Under the pieces are notes generated by a model that was given only the letters and a program-made list of their open reading frames with translations, had not been told where the DNA came from and made no database searches. Below are positions 39,596-50,214 of a DNA stretch of 64,000 nt, in pieces. Source of the stretch: Candidatus Ozemobacteraceae bacterium. GTDB lineage: Bacteria; Muiribacteriota; Ozemobacteria; Ozemobacterales; Ozemobacteraceae. Numbering within the stretch: the first letter of the stretch is position 1; each line of letters begins with the position of its first letter. The translations under genes were made by a program, and so were the position numbers. The stretch spans positions 1,536,001-1,600,000 of the forward strand of contig OZ223236.1 of assembly GCA_965140445.1 (NCBI GenBank). The letters are read 5' to 3'.

Positions 39596-40376
39596 CCGCA
39601 GTAAATGCGGAATAACTCTAATTGAGATTGTGTTGGCAATGCTGATACTTTCTATTAGTCTTATTCCCATTTTTGGTTTAATGACGCGCAGCACAAAAGA
39701 TTCAGATGCAACTTTAACCAGAGCATTCGCAATAAATACTGCCAAATCAGTTCTTTCTGCTGTTATTGATGACATCCCATTTGCAGATTTGAGACCGGGA
39801 GTTCCTGCGATTATTCTTGGCCCATCAAAGTCCAAAGCTGAAGCATTGTTCCCGGGTGGAACACCTTTGAGCGGTGGAATTACCTGTAACGGTATTGCAA
39901 CTGATTCAAGAGGGATTAACTATAGGGTGTATATGCGTTCTGATGCGATAAATGATACAAGTGATGGTTACAGCGCCGGGGAATTTTATTTTTCTTACTA
40001 TTTAAACCCTGACGTTGAAAATCAGGCGGGTTGGACTACTTTGCAGAACAACTCTTTGACCAGTGAGAATATTGATAATATTCCATCAATGTATTCAAAG
40101 GTTACCCCGGCAGGTCTAAAATCTCCCTACAGATATTATGGCGGTGCTATTGCGGCGGGAAGATGGGGCCCGGCAGAAGAAGCAGCAGGAAACGAAATTC
40201 ATGTTGATCAGAGAGAAATAACTCAGGCTGATGCCATTGGTAGCTATTGCCTGATGCAAAGATTGATTCTTCAGATTAGATGGAATATGGATGGGGCATA
40301 CTTTAAAAACCCTGATACCAATAAAGGACGGCCAGTTAAGTTGCAGATCATAACCTATAAGGCCAACCTGGATTAA
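39558..40376 (+). CDS. type IV pilin-like protein
   Basis: KCG|ITLIEIVLAML. Confidence 0.85.
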   Translation: MRIIKSKTYHFISRSKCGITLIEIVLAMLILSISLIPIFGLMTRSTKDSDATLTRAFAINTAKSVLSAVIDDIPFADLRPGVPAIILGPSKSKAEALFPGGTPLSGGITCNGIATDSRGINYRVYMRSDAINDTSDGYSAGEFYFSYYLNPDVENQAGWTTLQNNSLTSENIDNIPSMYSKVTPAGLKSPYRYYGGAIAAGRWGPAEEAAGNEIHVDQREITQADAIGSYCLMQRLILQIRWNMDGAYFKNPDTNKGRPVKLQIITYKANLD

Positions 40377-40379
40377 ATT

Positions 40380-41204
40380 ATGGATATCAAAAGCAGAAAA
40401 AGCGGATTTGCAGTAGTATTGGTGCTTGTTTTAAGCTCCATTTTATTGCTTACGGCTATTAGTTTGTTTAAAACTTCAAGCCAGTATAACGCTCATATGA
40501 AAAAAGATTTTGGTGAGCTTCAGGCATATTATATGGCTGTTGGAGCGATTCAGCACACGCAACTTAAGGTAAAATATTTTCCCACTGAGCTGTATGATGC
40601 CAGCGAATTCAGTCTGGGGAAAAACCCGATGTTTGATTTCACCATCCTCTCTGATGACGAATACAACGCACTTTCTCCTATTTTGAAATCTGAATTTTCA
40701 TCTGTTTCGCCTCATTTCAGAAAAGCCAGCGTAAATAATGCAGGTCCTCGCTTTTTATCGGCAGGGGCATTGTCAGATGATGCTACTGAAAGGTGGTTTC
40801 AATTGAAGTCACTTGATCCAGAGGACAGAGATCTTACTGAAGGTGCCTGGTTCCCGTCTGGATGGCCAAAGGACAAGAATTTGAATCCTGTAAAAAATTC
40901 GGATTTATATCTTTGGAAATATGCGAGAGATATTTGCAATTTAAACGGGATTCAGCCTTCTCTCTCATGCGATAACGCAAAGGTGACAACCAGTTATGAC
41001 AAGCTTGATGTGTCTTCCTCAAATGAATTGCCTTATGAGGGAACATATCAGATTTCAGAGATAAAAGTTCTTTCCACAACCGATCAGAAAAGGTTAAACG
41101 AGGAAGTTGTTTCCTTTACCGGTGTTGGATCAATAAAGGTTCCTGGTACTGGCGAAATAGTGACATATGAAATTACCAAAAAGATTAAAGTGAGACGCAA
41201 GTAG
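40380..41204 (+). CDS. PilX-like minor pilin
   Basis: KSG|FAVVLVLVL (no Glu5); QAYYMAVGAIQ PilX-like motif. Confidence 0.75.
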   Translation: MDIKSRKSGFAVVLVLVLSSILLLTAISLFKTSSQYNAHMKKDFGELQAYYMAVGAIQHTQLKVKYFPTELYDASEFSLGKNPMFDFTILSDDEYNALSPILKSEFSSVSPHFRKASVNNAGPRFLSAGALSDDATERWFQLKSLDPEDRDLTEGAWFPSGWPKDKNLNPVKNSDLYLWKYARDICNLNGIQPSLSCDNAKVTTSYDKLDVSSSNELPYEGTYQISEIKVLSTTDQKRLNEEVVSFTGVGSIKVPGTGEIVTYEITKKIKVRRK

Positions 41205-41206
41205 CT

Positions 41207-41959
41207 ATGTTGCCAATCAAAAAAAATAAAGCAGCCTTTACCCTCGTAGAAATTCTTGTAGCGAGCGTAGTTTTATCATTATTTCTGGGTGGGTTATATA
41301 CTATTTTCGGTGGTGGCCAAAGAATTGCCGCCAAGTCAAGCTGGTTACAATTTACCATTGATCGCCTTAGAATGACTCAACAGGCCATTTTTAAGGCAAT
41401 TAAAACCAGTAGTTATCCCTCAACTATTTTGCCTTCGAATATATATGATGCGGGGGGAACGGAAGAGAGCCCGGGAGCGAATGCCAGCAGTTATTATGTT
41501 CATCTGGTTGCCGGAACAGGAAAGATTACCGCTGCTGATATAATTAAAAGTAACGATGGTGTGTTTCTTGTTACCTCAAGATCTGAACCGGAAATGGCAA
41601 ATTTTCAGGATAGTGCGGACAATAAAGCGGGCTCTATTCGCTGGAATGTTTTCTACATGAAGGCTTCAAAAAATAATAAGTCACTCGGAACCATTTATAT
41701 GGATGAACGAACAGGGAGCTACACAACCACCGGACCGAACTATGCCAGATCTTTAAACCTGAAATATGCATCTGCAACAAATGTGAAGACTTTCAGACTC
41801 GCAGAAGATATCGCATGGATTGATTTTCAGGCTGCCAGCTTAGGTTACACGCCGTCAGAGATTAAAATTACAATTTCGGCTCAATACTATAGAGATGACA
41901 AACTAAATAGGGAATCCATCATTAAGGTCATTCCCAATGTTGGGGTTAAGAAGGGGTAA
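41207..41959 (+). CDS. type IV pilin-like protein (PilW-like)
   Basis: KAA|FTLVEILVASV. Confidence 0.85.
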   Translation: MLPIKKNKAAFTLVEILVASVVLSLFLGGLYTIFGGGQRIAAKSSWLQFTIDRLRMTQQAIFKAIKTSSYPSTILPSNIYDAGGTEESPGANASSYYVHLVAGTGKITAADIIKSNDGVFLVTSRSEPEMANFQDSADNKAGSIRWNVFYMKASKNNKSLGTIYMDERTGSYTTTGPNYARSLNLKYASATNVKTFRLAEDIAWIDFQAASLGYTPSEIKITISAQYYRDDKLNRESIIKVIPNVGVKKG

Positions 41960-41980
41960 TCCGCCTTCGAGGAAATACTT

Positions 41981-42991
41981 ATGAGAAAAGTAAAAGAGAA
42001 ATTAGCGGTTGTTCTGACTGTATTAGCATTTTTGTCTATCGGTCCTTCATGTGTGTCTGCACAGAAGGCAGGTTATTCAGCAGCTTCTCAGCAGCCAATG
42101 ATAATTGGCCTGGTAGATTTAGCAGCGGTTATAGCATTTCATCCTGCCATGCGTAATTTTGATTATCACGCAAAAAAATTTGTGCGGCCATGGAACGGAA
42201 GAAGAACGGTTACCGGGAAAGAAGCATGGGAGCAAAACCGCGCATTAATAATTAAGATAAAAGCGATTGAAGCCAAGATCGAAAAGCAGATTCAGGTTGT
42301 CAATCGTTCTCTAAATGAATTTTTTAAAAAGAAAATTTCAAAGTCAGAGAAAGAATCTTCCGTTGAGACCTTGAAAAAAATGAATAAAGCTAAGACCGAA
42401 ATGCTTGCAGAATTAACAAGAAAAACGGTTGGAATGTTTCCTGAAAATGATTTTGTAGATGCAGACGCTAATACTGGAAATTTGATCATGAACGAAATCA
42501 GAAGAGCGGTTTACGATGTTTCTGTGAGAAATAATGCCGCGTTTGTTTTGAACACTTCTCAGACTGCGGTATCTGGCGCTGATTCTACCAAAATGCTGCC
42601 CCCAGCAAAAGAGAACGCAAAAAGCCTCTTAGATAGATTTAATATTAAAAACCTTGAAGATCTACGAGGTCTGGTTTTTGAAACGGGCAGTAACAAAAAC
42701 GCTCCCATCGGAAAGCCACCGGCCAAAATGGGTTTCAGAAAAGGTGGTTGTGGCGAGCACTTTGATCAGATAAAAGATCCTGCTCATTTGCAGGTTTTGA
42801 TGGATGAATACTATCAAAACAGAGATGTGTTCAGCACAGCATTGAAGAATTTTGGATCGCAGAACTTTCTTTTGCAAGGCCGCTCTGCGATTGTTGAAAA
42901 AAATCTTACCCCAGAAGTTGTTCAATATATTCTTGAGTTGCATAAAACCAGGAATATTGTGAGAGAATCGACTTTTAGAGCTCTGAAGTAG
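41981..42991 (+). CDS. OmpH/Skp-like periplasmic protein
   Basis: Signal peptide; IGLVDL strand, basic coiled coil, IMNEIRRAVYDVS..AAFVLN, NLTPEVV. Confidence 0.55.
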   Translation: MRKVKEKLAVVLTVLAFLSIGPSCVSAQKAGYSAASQQPMIIGLVDLAAVIAFHPAMRNFDYHAKKFVRPWNGRRTVTGKEAWEQNRALIIKIKAIEAKIEKQIQVVNRSLNEFFKKKISKSEKESSVETLKKMNKAKTEMLAELTRKTVGMFPENDFVDADANTGNLIMNEIRRAVYDVSVRNNAAFVLNTSQTAVSGADSTKMLPPAKENAKSLLDRFNIKNLEDLRGLVFETGSNKNAPIGKPPAKMGFRKGGCGEHFDQIKDPAHLQVLMDEYYQNRDVFSTALKNFGSQNFLLQGRSAIVEKNLTPEVVQYILELHKTRNIVRESTFRALK

Positions 42992-42993
42992 GA

Positions 42994-45900
42994 ATGCCCA
43001 GGAGGTTGACTATGCGTAGAAGTTTTTCCCTGATTCTAGTGTTAATCTTAAGTATGTGTAGCGGTTCATTATTTGCTGCTACCAATTTTTATCGAGAAAA
43101 TAGAAACGGTAAGGTATTTGTGCTCCAGGTCGATCCTGACACTGGCATAGAAACTGTTTTTAATGCAGATAAAGATAAAATCTTCCTGGCTCCAAGAGCT
43201 CAAAGATTGACTGTAACTCCAACTGCCGGATGGGGGGATTACACAAATAATACCGATCCTCTTGGAAACAGCCTTCCTGCAGGAGAAATTGCCGGTGATA
43301 AAAACGGTATTATTACTCTCCGCAGAAGTGCAGATCTTTCAAAAATGGTCTATGAAATCTACGCAGGCACAAAGCTTATTCACACCATTCTTGATGGAAC
43401 AAGAGCTAATTTCCCGGACAACTACGATATTTCCTGTAGCCAGTTTATTGGAAAAAACAAAGGTGTTTTACGCGTTTATTTATATTTGTCATCCTACAAG
43501 GATTGGGGACCGACCCTATTCAGGCTTGAATTTAACAGCCTGATACTCCAGAAGAAAAGAATAAAAAACCTTAGCGGAACCCATAATCAAGATTGGTCAA
43601 GCAGTCTGGTTCAGCTTTCTGGAAATATGAGTAACGCTCAGACAATTGAAGTAAATGCAGCGGGCAATGACGAACGGGATCTGCTTGTTTTTGAACCCTC
43701 AAGAAAATACTCTTTACAGCATCTTTGGGATGCCTCAAAAAATAGCGGAGTTTGGGGAATCAACTATTTGATGACCGACAACCATGTTTACAAAGCCAAG
43801 GCTTCTACGCCACTAACTTCAAATGCAGCAAGCATGAACGAGATTTTCGATGTTTCTGTCGATTTGGGAAATGCCTATGCTGATACGATTGAATACGTGA
43901 GAAGTTATTACAACATTGGCTTGACCTTTGTATGGCTGAACCACAACTCAAACGGCACTTTTAATAACATGCGTTATGAGATAAAAGATCCGGTTGGGCA
44001 AGAAGCCGAAATTCGAAGCGGTGCTTATAATGGTGGGTTGATTGATAAATGGAAAGTTAATCCGAATCCTACAATACTTGGGCACAATACTACAGCGCTT
44101 TATGGGTTATCCTGTAAAAATGCTTTAAGCGGGAAAAAGCTAATTGTATACGAACCGGTTTATAAACTTAATCAGGCCGGAATAGATGAGAATGAATTTA
44201 CAGACAATGACCGAAACAATGTTCCAGATAATTTTGATGGCGATGGAAAAGGATATTTTGGTTACAGACCAAATTACCTGATCGACATAAACGCTGGTTC
44301 AACACTTAGTTCTGATTATGTACTTGATTTTGTTATCGCCCATGAATTTGATTTAACCGGCAAAACCGCAAACGATGAATTTGTCTATCAGGAATTGGCT
44401 GTAGAAAGAGCCCCTGACCCTGATCCTACAAAGCCTTCCAGTTTTATTGCCGGCGATGAAATACATATTCGAATTGGTAACATCTGGCATCGTGACCCGG
44501 ATGTTTATGGTGAATACAACCAGTTTGGCTGGAATGCCGGCGAGGGAAATTCAATCTTTTTCTATGTAGGATCTCCGGGAAATGCTTATAATACGCAGAA
44601 TGCCGCGGTTAGAAGAAACTCGGGAAAAATTCTGGGCGTAGAGGTTGTCGGGACTTCCAACGCAACGGCAGATTATTTTGGCGTAGTTGGAAACGATGAT
44701 TGGGCGTCAGGGCAGGGCGATCTGTATTTCTTGTCCCGAAAATATGGTGAGTATATTAACCCGAAAATAGTTCAGAGTAACACCAGTTTGGTTCCACCTT
44801 GCACAGGTTATGGCCTTTGGTGGAAATACCAATACCAGAGAAAAACGTTTTATGGACTGTCTCAGACATATTGGGTTGGAACAGAGCCGCATACACAATG
44901 GATTAATGATAGCAGCTTCTTTATTGGTAACTCAGTGTATTCACAGAAAGTTTACACCGTAAACTGCGGATGCAGAGGCCTGAGATACGATAACTTTGAG
45001 TTAGAAGAGGAAGCGTCTTCACCGATTTTAGATTTCTCAATGATAAATATTGGGGCTCCACCGTTTTTGGATGGAACCATTGCCCCAACCATTGTTGCCA
45101 ACCTTGGAAGTGCTGTAATTAAGCCGAATACTCCAGTTTCTTTCACGGGAAGTTATGCTGATCCAGCTGCTTTGATTGATCCGGCAACGGTTAAATTCAG
45201 ATATGTAATCTTGAATGACAAATTTAATGACACTGACCCTTCAACAGATTCAGATCTGGTAATTGACTCCCTTGTTGAAACTGGTGACTACCTGACTAGC
45301 CCAAACTGGGAGTATGTATTCAAGGATTCAGATCTGGGCGGAAACTCAGTAGCGACTTTTGTTGTTTATCTAGGTATTAAGTTTAAATACAATGATTACA
45401 CAAGTATGGCCTATCCTTACTATTCATGGTGGGATCTGCCACTTACAGAGAAGTTTGCATGGAGTAATTCTAACGGAGGTTCATACTTTGATGGCCAAAT
45501 GCATGGCTTTTATGGTTCTCCTTTAAGAATTACGGTTAACACCACAGATGCTCTAACACCTGAAAACCCGCTTATTATTACTTCGGTTTCGGCAAACACC
45601 AATAAGTCGATTAATTCTTCGGACTTTAAGAGCGGACAGGTGAAGGGCGATCAGGGAACAGATATTAAGCTTAAAATTGATGGAAAAATGCGCTTTTTGT
45701 CTGAAATTCCCAACCCGAAGGAAAGCAATTATGACAAAATGGGTGGGATTATGCCCTGGCCTTATGGGCTTCCAGGTGTAACAAATAACTATAGAGTAAG
45801 TCTTGATGCAAGTGGATACCAGTTTAACCACGCAAATTCAACGAGCTTTACTATGGCGGAGTTCAATAAAGACTTGCGAGGGGTAAAATACGCGATTTAC

Positions 45901-47559
45901 CTTAAGGCCAGAGTTAAAACTAAAACTGGTGAAGTAAACTATACAAAAACAACTCCTACCAATGTTACGCAGCATCTGCTCTATGACGGAGCCAGCCCTT
46001 CATCTATCGACGGTTGGCAGGAAATAGGCTCTGGCACCCTCGATAAGTTTTACAATAAAGAATATCACCCATTATTTGCTGCTGATCAGCCAAATATAAA
46101 TATCACCGCGAAAGGTGATGGAACTGGAGTTAGAAACTTTAATTTCTCAATTATTACTCCAGAATTCAAGATTCCGGTTCCCCTGGATAATGGCAATGAT
46201 GGAAATCCTCTCGGTGATTATCAGGTAAAAGTAGGATTTAGATATCCTGTAGGTGCCTGGAGCCAGATCGAAGTGCAAAACTATGATTCAAGTCAGATTG
46301 TTAAGAGCTACAACTGTAATAAAACTTTGGATCAGACAGTAACGAGCGACAGCATTCCTGAGAGCAAGAATGTTAAGCTGAGAATTTTGGATAAAGAAGG
46401 ACCTGTTCTTGAAGCATTTGCTTTTGATCCAGATTCTTCCTCCGGCGATCCAATACCTGCGTCAAATCAAAATTTACGTATGGTTGATAACAATCCTCAC
46501 GACTATTTAAAACGTGGAAGCTTTCCATTAATTAAGTTTGCATATGGAATCGGTAAGGATAAGTTCCTGAATATTCAGAATGAAGCTGGAGATTCTCCTT
46601 CTGATACAGGACTTGGATTCGATTTAAGTCAATTTGATGTGGCAGGCAACTTTGATGCGGGAACCACCATTCAAAATCATGATGGGCAGAATTGGGCCTG
46701 TATAAATGGAGCTGCTTTATCATCTTATTCAGTTTCTGTTTCAGCTTTTCCTGGAATTTGCCCTATAACCTATGAGCCATCTTTCAATAAGTATATTGCG
46801 GCAAATAGCCTTTATCAGTCCGCCTTTAATCCAAATCTGTTTAATTCAAAATGGTATCTTTATGGTGGAACAACTCTTCCATATTCGGAAAATCCGGCGG
46901 ATTATCAGATTTTTGACGGAAGTAACAATGTTCTGGATTTCTCTAAGTCTGTATATAAAGGCGTGACCAAAGTTTATAATAATGATTCGCCAAATGTTAG
47001 AGTAATCCTGTCTGATTCTGCTAATTTAAACCTTTTGATAGAAGTCAGAAACGGAATTAAAGATACGACTTCTGCAATGGATGTTAGAAGAATTAAGATA
47101 ATTGATCTGAAGACTAATACAAAGCTTTACGAAGCTACTTACAAGTCGGATAAAGCACCGCTTTCAGTTAAAACAACTCCGCTAGTTGAAAATTATTTTC
47201 TGGATTCAATGGTTGCCGGATCACCAAGTATAACAGTCTTATCGCCATTTTCTGGTGAACTGCCAGTCAAAGTTGTAGCCGACTCCAGATTTAAAATTAC
47301 AGGAGAAGCTTTTGACAACGCAAATGCCGCTCCTGTAGGAGTTACATTTAGCATTAATGATCCCAAAATTAATCTAAATGGATCTGGAAAAGTCTCTTAC
47401 ATCTTTAGGGGCGGACTTGAAGGGCAAAATTACAGAGTAATCGCTACTTCTAGTGATGATACTGGTAACAAGGTTGTGATTGAAATCCCGATTACAATTG
47501 TCGGTGCAAAGGATATTAACATTAGGACGCTTGAAGAAAACATAAGAAAGCAGTTCTAG
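42994..47559 (+). CDS. giant secreted beta-rich protein, putative pilus-associated adhesin
   Basis: 1521 aa, signal peptide, N/D/G/Y-rich, DNDRNNVPDNFDGDG Ca-binding-like motif, Ig-like C-terminal segments. Confidence 0.75.
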   Translation: MPRRLTMRRSFSLILVLILSMCSGSLFAATNFYRENRNGKVFVLQVDPDTGIETVFNADKDKIFLAPRAQRLTVTPTAGWGDYTNNTDPLGNSLPAGEIAGDKNGIITLRRSADLSKMVYEIYAGTKLIHTILDGTRANFPDNYDISCSQFIGKNKGVLRVYLYLSSYKDWGPTLFRLEFNSLILQKKRIKNLSGTHNQDWSSSLVQLSGNMSNAQTIEVNAAGNDERDLLVFEPSRKYSLQHLWDASKNSGVWGINYLMTDNHVYKAKASTPLTSNAASMNEIFDVSVDLGNAYADTIEYVRSYYNIGLTFVWLNHNSNGTFNNMRYEIKDPVGQEAEIRSGAYNGGLIDKWKVNPNPTILGHNTTALYGLSCKNALSGKKLIVYEPVYKLNQAGIDENEFTDNDRNNVPDNFDGDGKGYFGYRPNYLIDINAGSTLSSDYVLDFVIAHEFDLTGKTANDEFVYQELAVERAPDPDPTKPSSFIAGDEIHIRIGNIWHRDPDVYGEYNQFGWNAGEGNSIFFYVGSPGNAYNTQNAAVRRNSGKILGVEVVGTSNATADYFGVVGNDDWASGQGDLYFLSRKYGEYINPKIVQSNTSLVPPCTGYGLWWKYQYQRKTFYGLSQTYWVGTEPHTQWINDSSFFIGNSVYSQKVYTVNCGCRGLRYDNFELEEEASSPILDFSMINIGAPPFLDGTIAPTIVANLGSAVIKPNTPVSFTGSYADPAALIDPATVKFRYVILNDKFNDTDPSTDSDLVIDSLVETGDYLTSPNWEYVFKDSDLGGNSVATFVVYLGIKFKYNDYTSMAYPYYSWWDLPLTEKFAWSNSNGGSYFDGQMHGFYGSPLRITVNTTDALTPENPLIITSVSANTNKSINSSDFKSGQVKGDQGTDIKLKIDGKMRFLSEIPNPKESNYDKMGGIMPWPYGLPGVTNNYRVSLDASGYQFNHANSTSFTMAEFNKDLRGVKYAIYLKARVKTKTGEVNYTKTTPTNVTQHLLYDGASPSSIDGWQEIGSGTLDKFYNKEYHPLFAADQPNINITAKGDGTGVRNFNFSIITPEFKIPVPLDNGNDGNPLGDYQVKVGFRYPVGAWSQIEVQNYDSSQIVKSYNCNKTLDQTVTSDSIPESKNVKLRILDKEGPVLEAFAFDPDSSSGDPIPASNQNLRMVDNNPHDYLKRGSFPLIKFAYGIGKDKFLNIQNEAGDSPSDTGLGFDLSQFDVAGNFDAGTTIQNHDGQNWACINGAALSSYSVSVSAFPGICPITYEPSFNKYIAANSLYQSAFNPNLFNSKWYLYGGTTLPYSENPADYQIFDGSNNVLDFSKSVYKGVTKVYNNDSPNVRVILSDSANLNLLIEVRNGIKDTTSAMDVRRIKIIDLKTNTKLYEATYKSDKAPLSVKTTPLVENYFLDSMVAGSPSITVLSPFSGELPVKVVADSRFKITGEAFDNANAAPVGVTFSINDPKINLNGSGKVSYIFRGGLEGQNYRVIATSSDDTGNKVVIEIPITIVGAKDINIRTLEENIRKQF

Positions 47560-47572
47560 ACGCAGCTTGGAT

Positions 47573-47607
47573 AAAAAAGCTGGAGAGGCGACTCTCCGGC
47601 TTTTTTT
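47573..47607 (+). terminator. intrinsic terminator
   Basis: A6-GCTGGAGAG...CTCTCCGGC-T7. Confidence 0.85.
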
Positions 47608-47628
47608 ACTGCTGGAAGGTAAAAAAAA

Positions 47629-48060
47629 ATGGTTATTTTAAGATTTTTTATCGGTTTACCTTGTATCATCCTTGGTTTGCTGATGTTCAAAGGAAGCCTG
47701 GGAGAACTTTTTTCAGCCGATGGCCAGATACATTTTCCAACTTTTATAATGGCTATTATCTGGTTTTTACAGGGTGTTTTTTGCCTGAAAAGTAATCCAA
47801 AAGGTGTTTTTCAGTTTATTGTTGGCGCGTTTTGTTTATTCATGGGACTTGCGACTTTAAACACCCTTGTTTTAAATCGCGGCACAGGAATTTTGCTGTT
47901 TGGGTTTGTTTTTGTTCTGGTGGGGTTAAATTTCTTAGGTTACTTTAGAGGAAAAATCATTTCTAAAGAAGCTATTCCAGATCCTATTCAGGATCAGGAG
48001 ATCGACATGCATGATGAACAGAGCCATTCGGATGAGTCTGGCGGATATGACAGAGGATAA
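47629..48060 (+). CDS. hypothetical membrane protein (4 TM)
   Basis: Hydrophobic ORF with acidic tail. Confidence 0.65.
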   Translation: MVILRFFIGLPCIILGLLMFKGSLGELFSADGQIHFPTFIMAIIWFLQGVFCLKSNPKGVFQFIVGAFCLFMGLATLNTLVLNRGTGILLFGFVFVLVGLNFLGYFRGKIISKEAIPDPIQDQEIDMHDEQSHSDESGGYDRG

Positions 48061-48064
48061 AGTT

Positions 48065-48706
48065 TTATATTCCTTCAGCTCTCAGCATGAGTGAAATAGT
48101 CTTTGAGATAGTGTTAAAGTCTTTTTTTAGAATTTCAATAATACTGTGGTTCAGGCAGAAATACATGTAGTCTTCATCCAGCGACAGGTCGCCATGGTTT
48201 TCGCTCCCTTTTGCCGCCTGTACTCCGCCGGTTAAGCCCGCTTTCTGCAAGGCCTTGGCGTAGTAACCATAACCAAGAATTTCATTGTACTCTTTAATAG
48301 GATTTGGTCTAGGACCAACAAAGACCATATCGCCTTTGACTATGCTAAATAGCTGTGGGAGCTCATCAAGGTATATTTGCTTTAAAAGACCGCCTAAAAA
48401 TAAGGGTTGCCCTGAGCTGCTGGAAGACAGGAACTTGTAAAGGGTGAAAGTTCTTCCCTGGGTGAACCTTTCTTCAATGAAGAATGGGCAGGTCAGTTTC
48501 TTTTCAGCAATTAGCAGCTCAGCTGCAATTACAAAAGTAATAAGGGTCAGAAGTGGTAACAATAATAAAAATGCCAACAAGGCTATGATCTGGCTTGCTA
48601 CATAGTAAATTCTGAGTTTTTTGTTAAGACTCTCTCTTATGATTTTTTGTTTTTTTATGTCTATTTTCATTTTTCTTTTGTTTAAACGAACTAAATTCAA
48701 AGCCAT
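48065..48706 (-). CDS. bacterial sugar transferase (small phosphoglycosyl transferase)
   Basis: FTLYKF, LDELPQLFSIVKGDMVFVGPRP, GLTG..Q. Confidence 0.85.
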   Translation of the reverse strand: MALNLVRLNKRKMKIDIKKQKIIRESLNKKLRIYYVASQIIALLAFLLLLPLLTLITFVIAAELLIAEKKLTCPFFIEERFTQGRTFTLYKFLSSSSSGQPLFLGGLLKQIYLDELPQLFSIVKGDMVFVGPRPNPIKEYNEILGYGYYAKALQKAGLTGGVQAAKGSENHGDLSLDEDYMYFCLNHSIIEILKKDFNTISKTISLMLRAEGI

Positions 48707-48745
48707 GTGCCTTTACTGGTCATAAATTTGATTGGATCGCCTCAT

Positions 48746-49126
48746 TTAAAACTGCCCGGTTTTTAACATTACCAGAGTGCAGCCTTGAACTACGTTAAAG
48801 CCTTTTTTTCTGAGGTAATCCATTAACTCCTGATTTTCTGTTCCAGGATTAAAAATTATCCTTGCTGGATTTAATTTTTCAATCTGGCTTTCATATCCAT
48901 CCAAGTGTTCTGGTGACAGGTAAATGGTTAGGGTATCAATTGACTCTTTTACCAGTGAAAGGTTTTCTAATACTGGAATTTTTTCGATAGTTTCAGCAGT
49001 CAGGTGAATCGGAATAACTTTGTGTCCGTAATCAGTTAAAGATCTTACGGCCATATTTGAGTAACGCTCAGGATTGGGGCTTGCCCCTAAAACCACTACA
49101 GTCTCAGATTTTGATTTACTATTCAT
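48746..49126 (-). CDS. CoA-binding protein (YccU-like)
   Basis: VVLGASPNPERYS, IDTLTIYL, FNPGTEN, GCTLVML. Confidence 0.9.
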   Translation of the reverse strand: MNSKSKSETVVVLGASPNPERYSNMAVRSLTDYGHKVIPIHLTAETIEKIPVLENLSLVKESIDTLTIYLSPEHLDGYESQIEKLNPARIIFNPGTENQELMDYLRKKGFNVVQGCTLVMLKTGQF

Positions 49127-49246
49127 AATAAGCCTCTTAACAAAAACATAATTTTGCTAAAAAGGTAAACAATCTGCCTTCAAAAACAAGTTAGAGTTTA
49201 AAGACAGCTTTGGAGACAGCTTTAAATAGCCTTGTCAGGAGAGATT

Positions 49247-50053
49247 TTAAATGAAAATTTCAGGCTCTCTTCGATTTGAACATTTCTCAAACAGCATGGT
49301 TCTAAATTTTGGAACATGCTCTGAAATGATTATGCGTGCGCGACGCTTGCAGACTTTAACGCATGCACAGCAGACGGTGCAAAGCTCTGCAACAGTTTTG
49401 TAGCCATTTTTAAAGAAAATTGCTCCTGTTGGACATGCCGTTTGGCATTCACCGCATTTAATGCACTTGTTTGGTGCTGTTTCTGTATGAGAATCAGGAA
49501 TAATGCGACGTTCTGGAAGGGGAAAAGCACCGGGCAGATTTAGGTCGATTTTGTCAAAGTCTGGTTCCAGAGTTTTTAACTTTTCTCCGATTTGTTTGCC
49601 GAATTCTACTGCCGCCATTTTGTCATCTTCATCTGGACGGCCTTTTGCAATTGGAAAGTCCCTGGTAGAGTAAGAATGCTCACCAATGAAAGCTGCAGCA
49701 GCTATCGGACGAAGACCAGCTTTGATGGCTATTTCCCTTAAATGGACTAAAGCATCGTCGTAATGACGGTTTCCATAGACTGCCACTAATACGCAGGGAT
49801 TACCTGCAAATTTGATCTGGGAAAGTCTTTTTTCAGCTTCAGCCGCTATCAATCCCGCATAAACTGGAGCAGCGATTATAACGACGTCATCAGCTTTAAC
49901 TTCTATCAGCGCTTCATCATAACCAGGGTAAGTGAGGTTGTTTTCAATTATTTTTAACGGCTCAATTCCTGTTCCAGCTGCGATATTGCTGATGATTTTG
50001 TGAGAAGTGTGTGTGGGGGAGTAAAAGAAAAGACTTAGCCTATCAAAATTCAT
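49247..50053 (-). CDS. EFR1-like flavodoxin-fold + 4Fe-4S ferredoxin
   Basis: YSPTHTS, PVYAG, VYGNRHYDDAL, FIGEHS, CIKCGECQTACP, CTVCCACVKVC. Confidence 0.9.
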   Translation of the reverse strand: MNFDRLSLFFYSPTHTSHKIISNIAAGTGIEPLKIIENNLTYPGYDEALIEVKADDVVIIAAPVYAGLIAAEAEKRLSQIKFAGNPCVLVAVYGNRHYDDALVHLREIAIKAGLRPIAAAAFIGEHSYSTRDFPIAKGRPDEDDKMAAVEFGKQIGEKLKTLEPDFDKIDLNLPGAFPLPERRIIPDSHTETAPNKCIKCGECQTACPTGAIFFKNGYKTVAELCTVCCACVKVCKRRARIIISEHVPKFRTMLFEKCSNRREPEIFI

Positions 50054-50168
50054 TGGAACTCCTGAGTAGATGAATGAAAAATATTTTATACAGAGTAAAC
50101 CTAATCCGGCCAACTGGCAATAAGGGGAATTTTTGTTATTTAGTTTTAAAGTTTTTCCAAAAAAAAGT

Positions 50169-50196
50169 GGAACTTTCTGTCAGAGGATTTGTCTAA
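50169..50196 (+). promoter_or_regulatory. putative ECF (RpoE-type) promoter
   Basis: GGAACTT-N16-TCTAA, 18 nt upstream of the lepB ATG. Confidence 0.65.
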
Positions 50197-50214
50197 TTCT
50201 GAGCGAGGTGAAAA

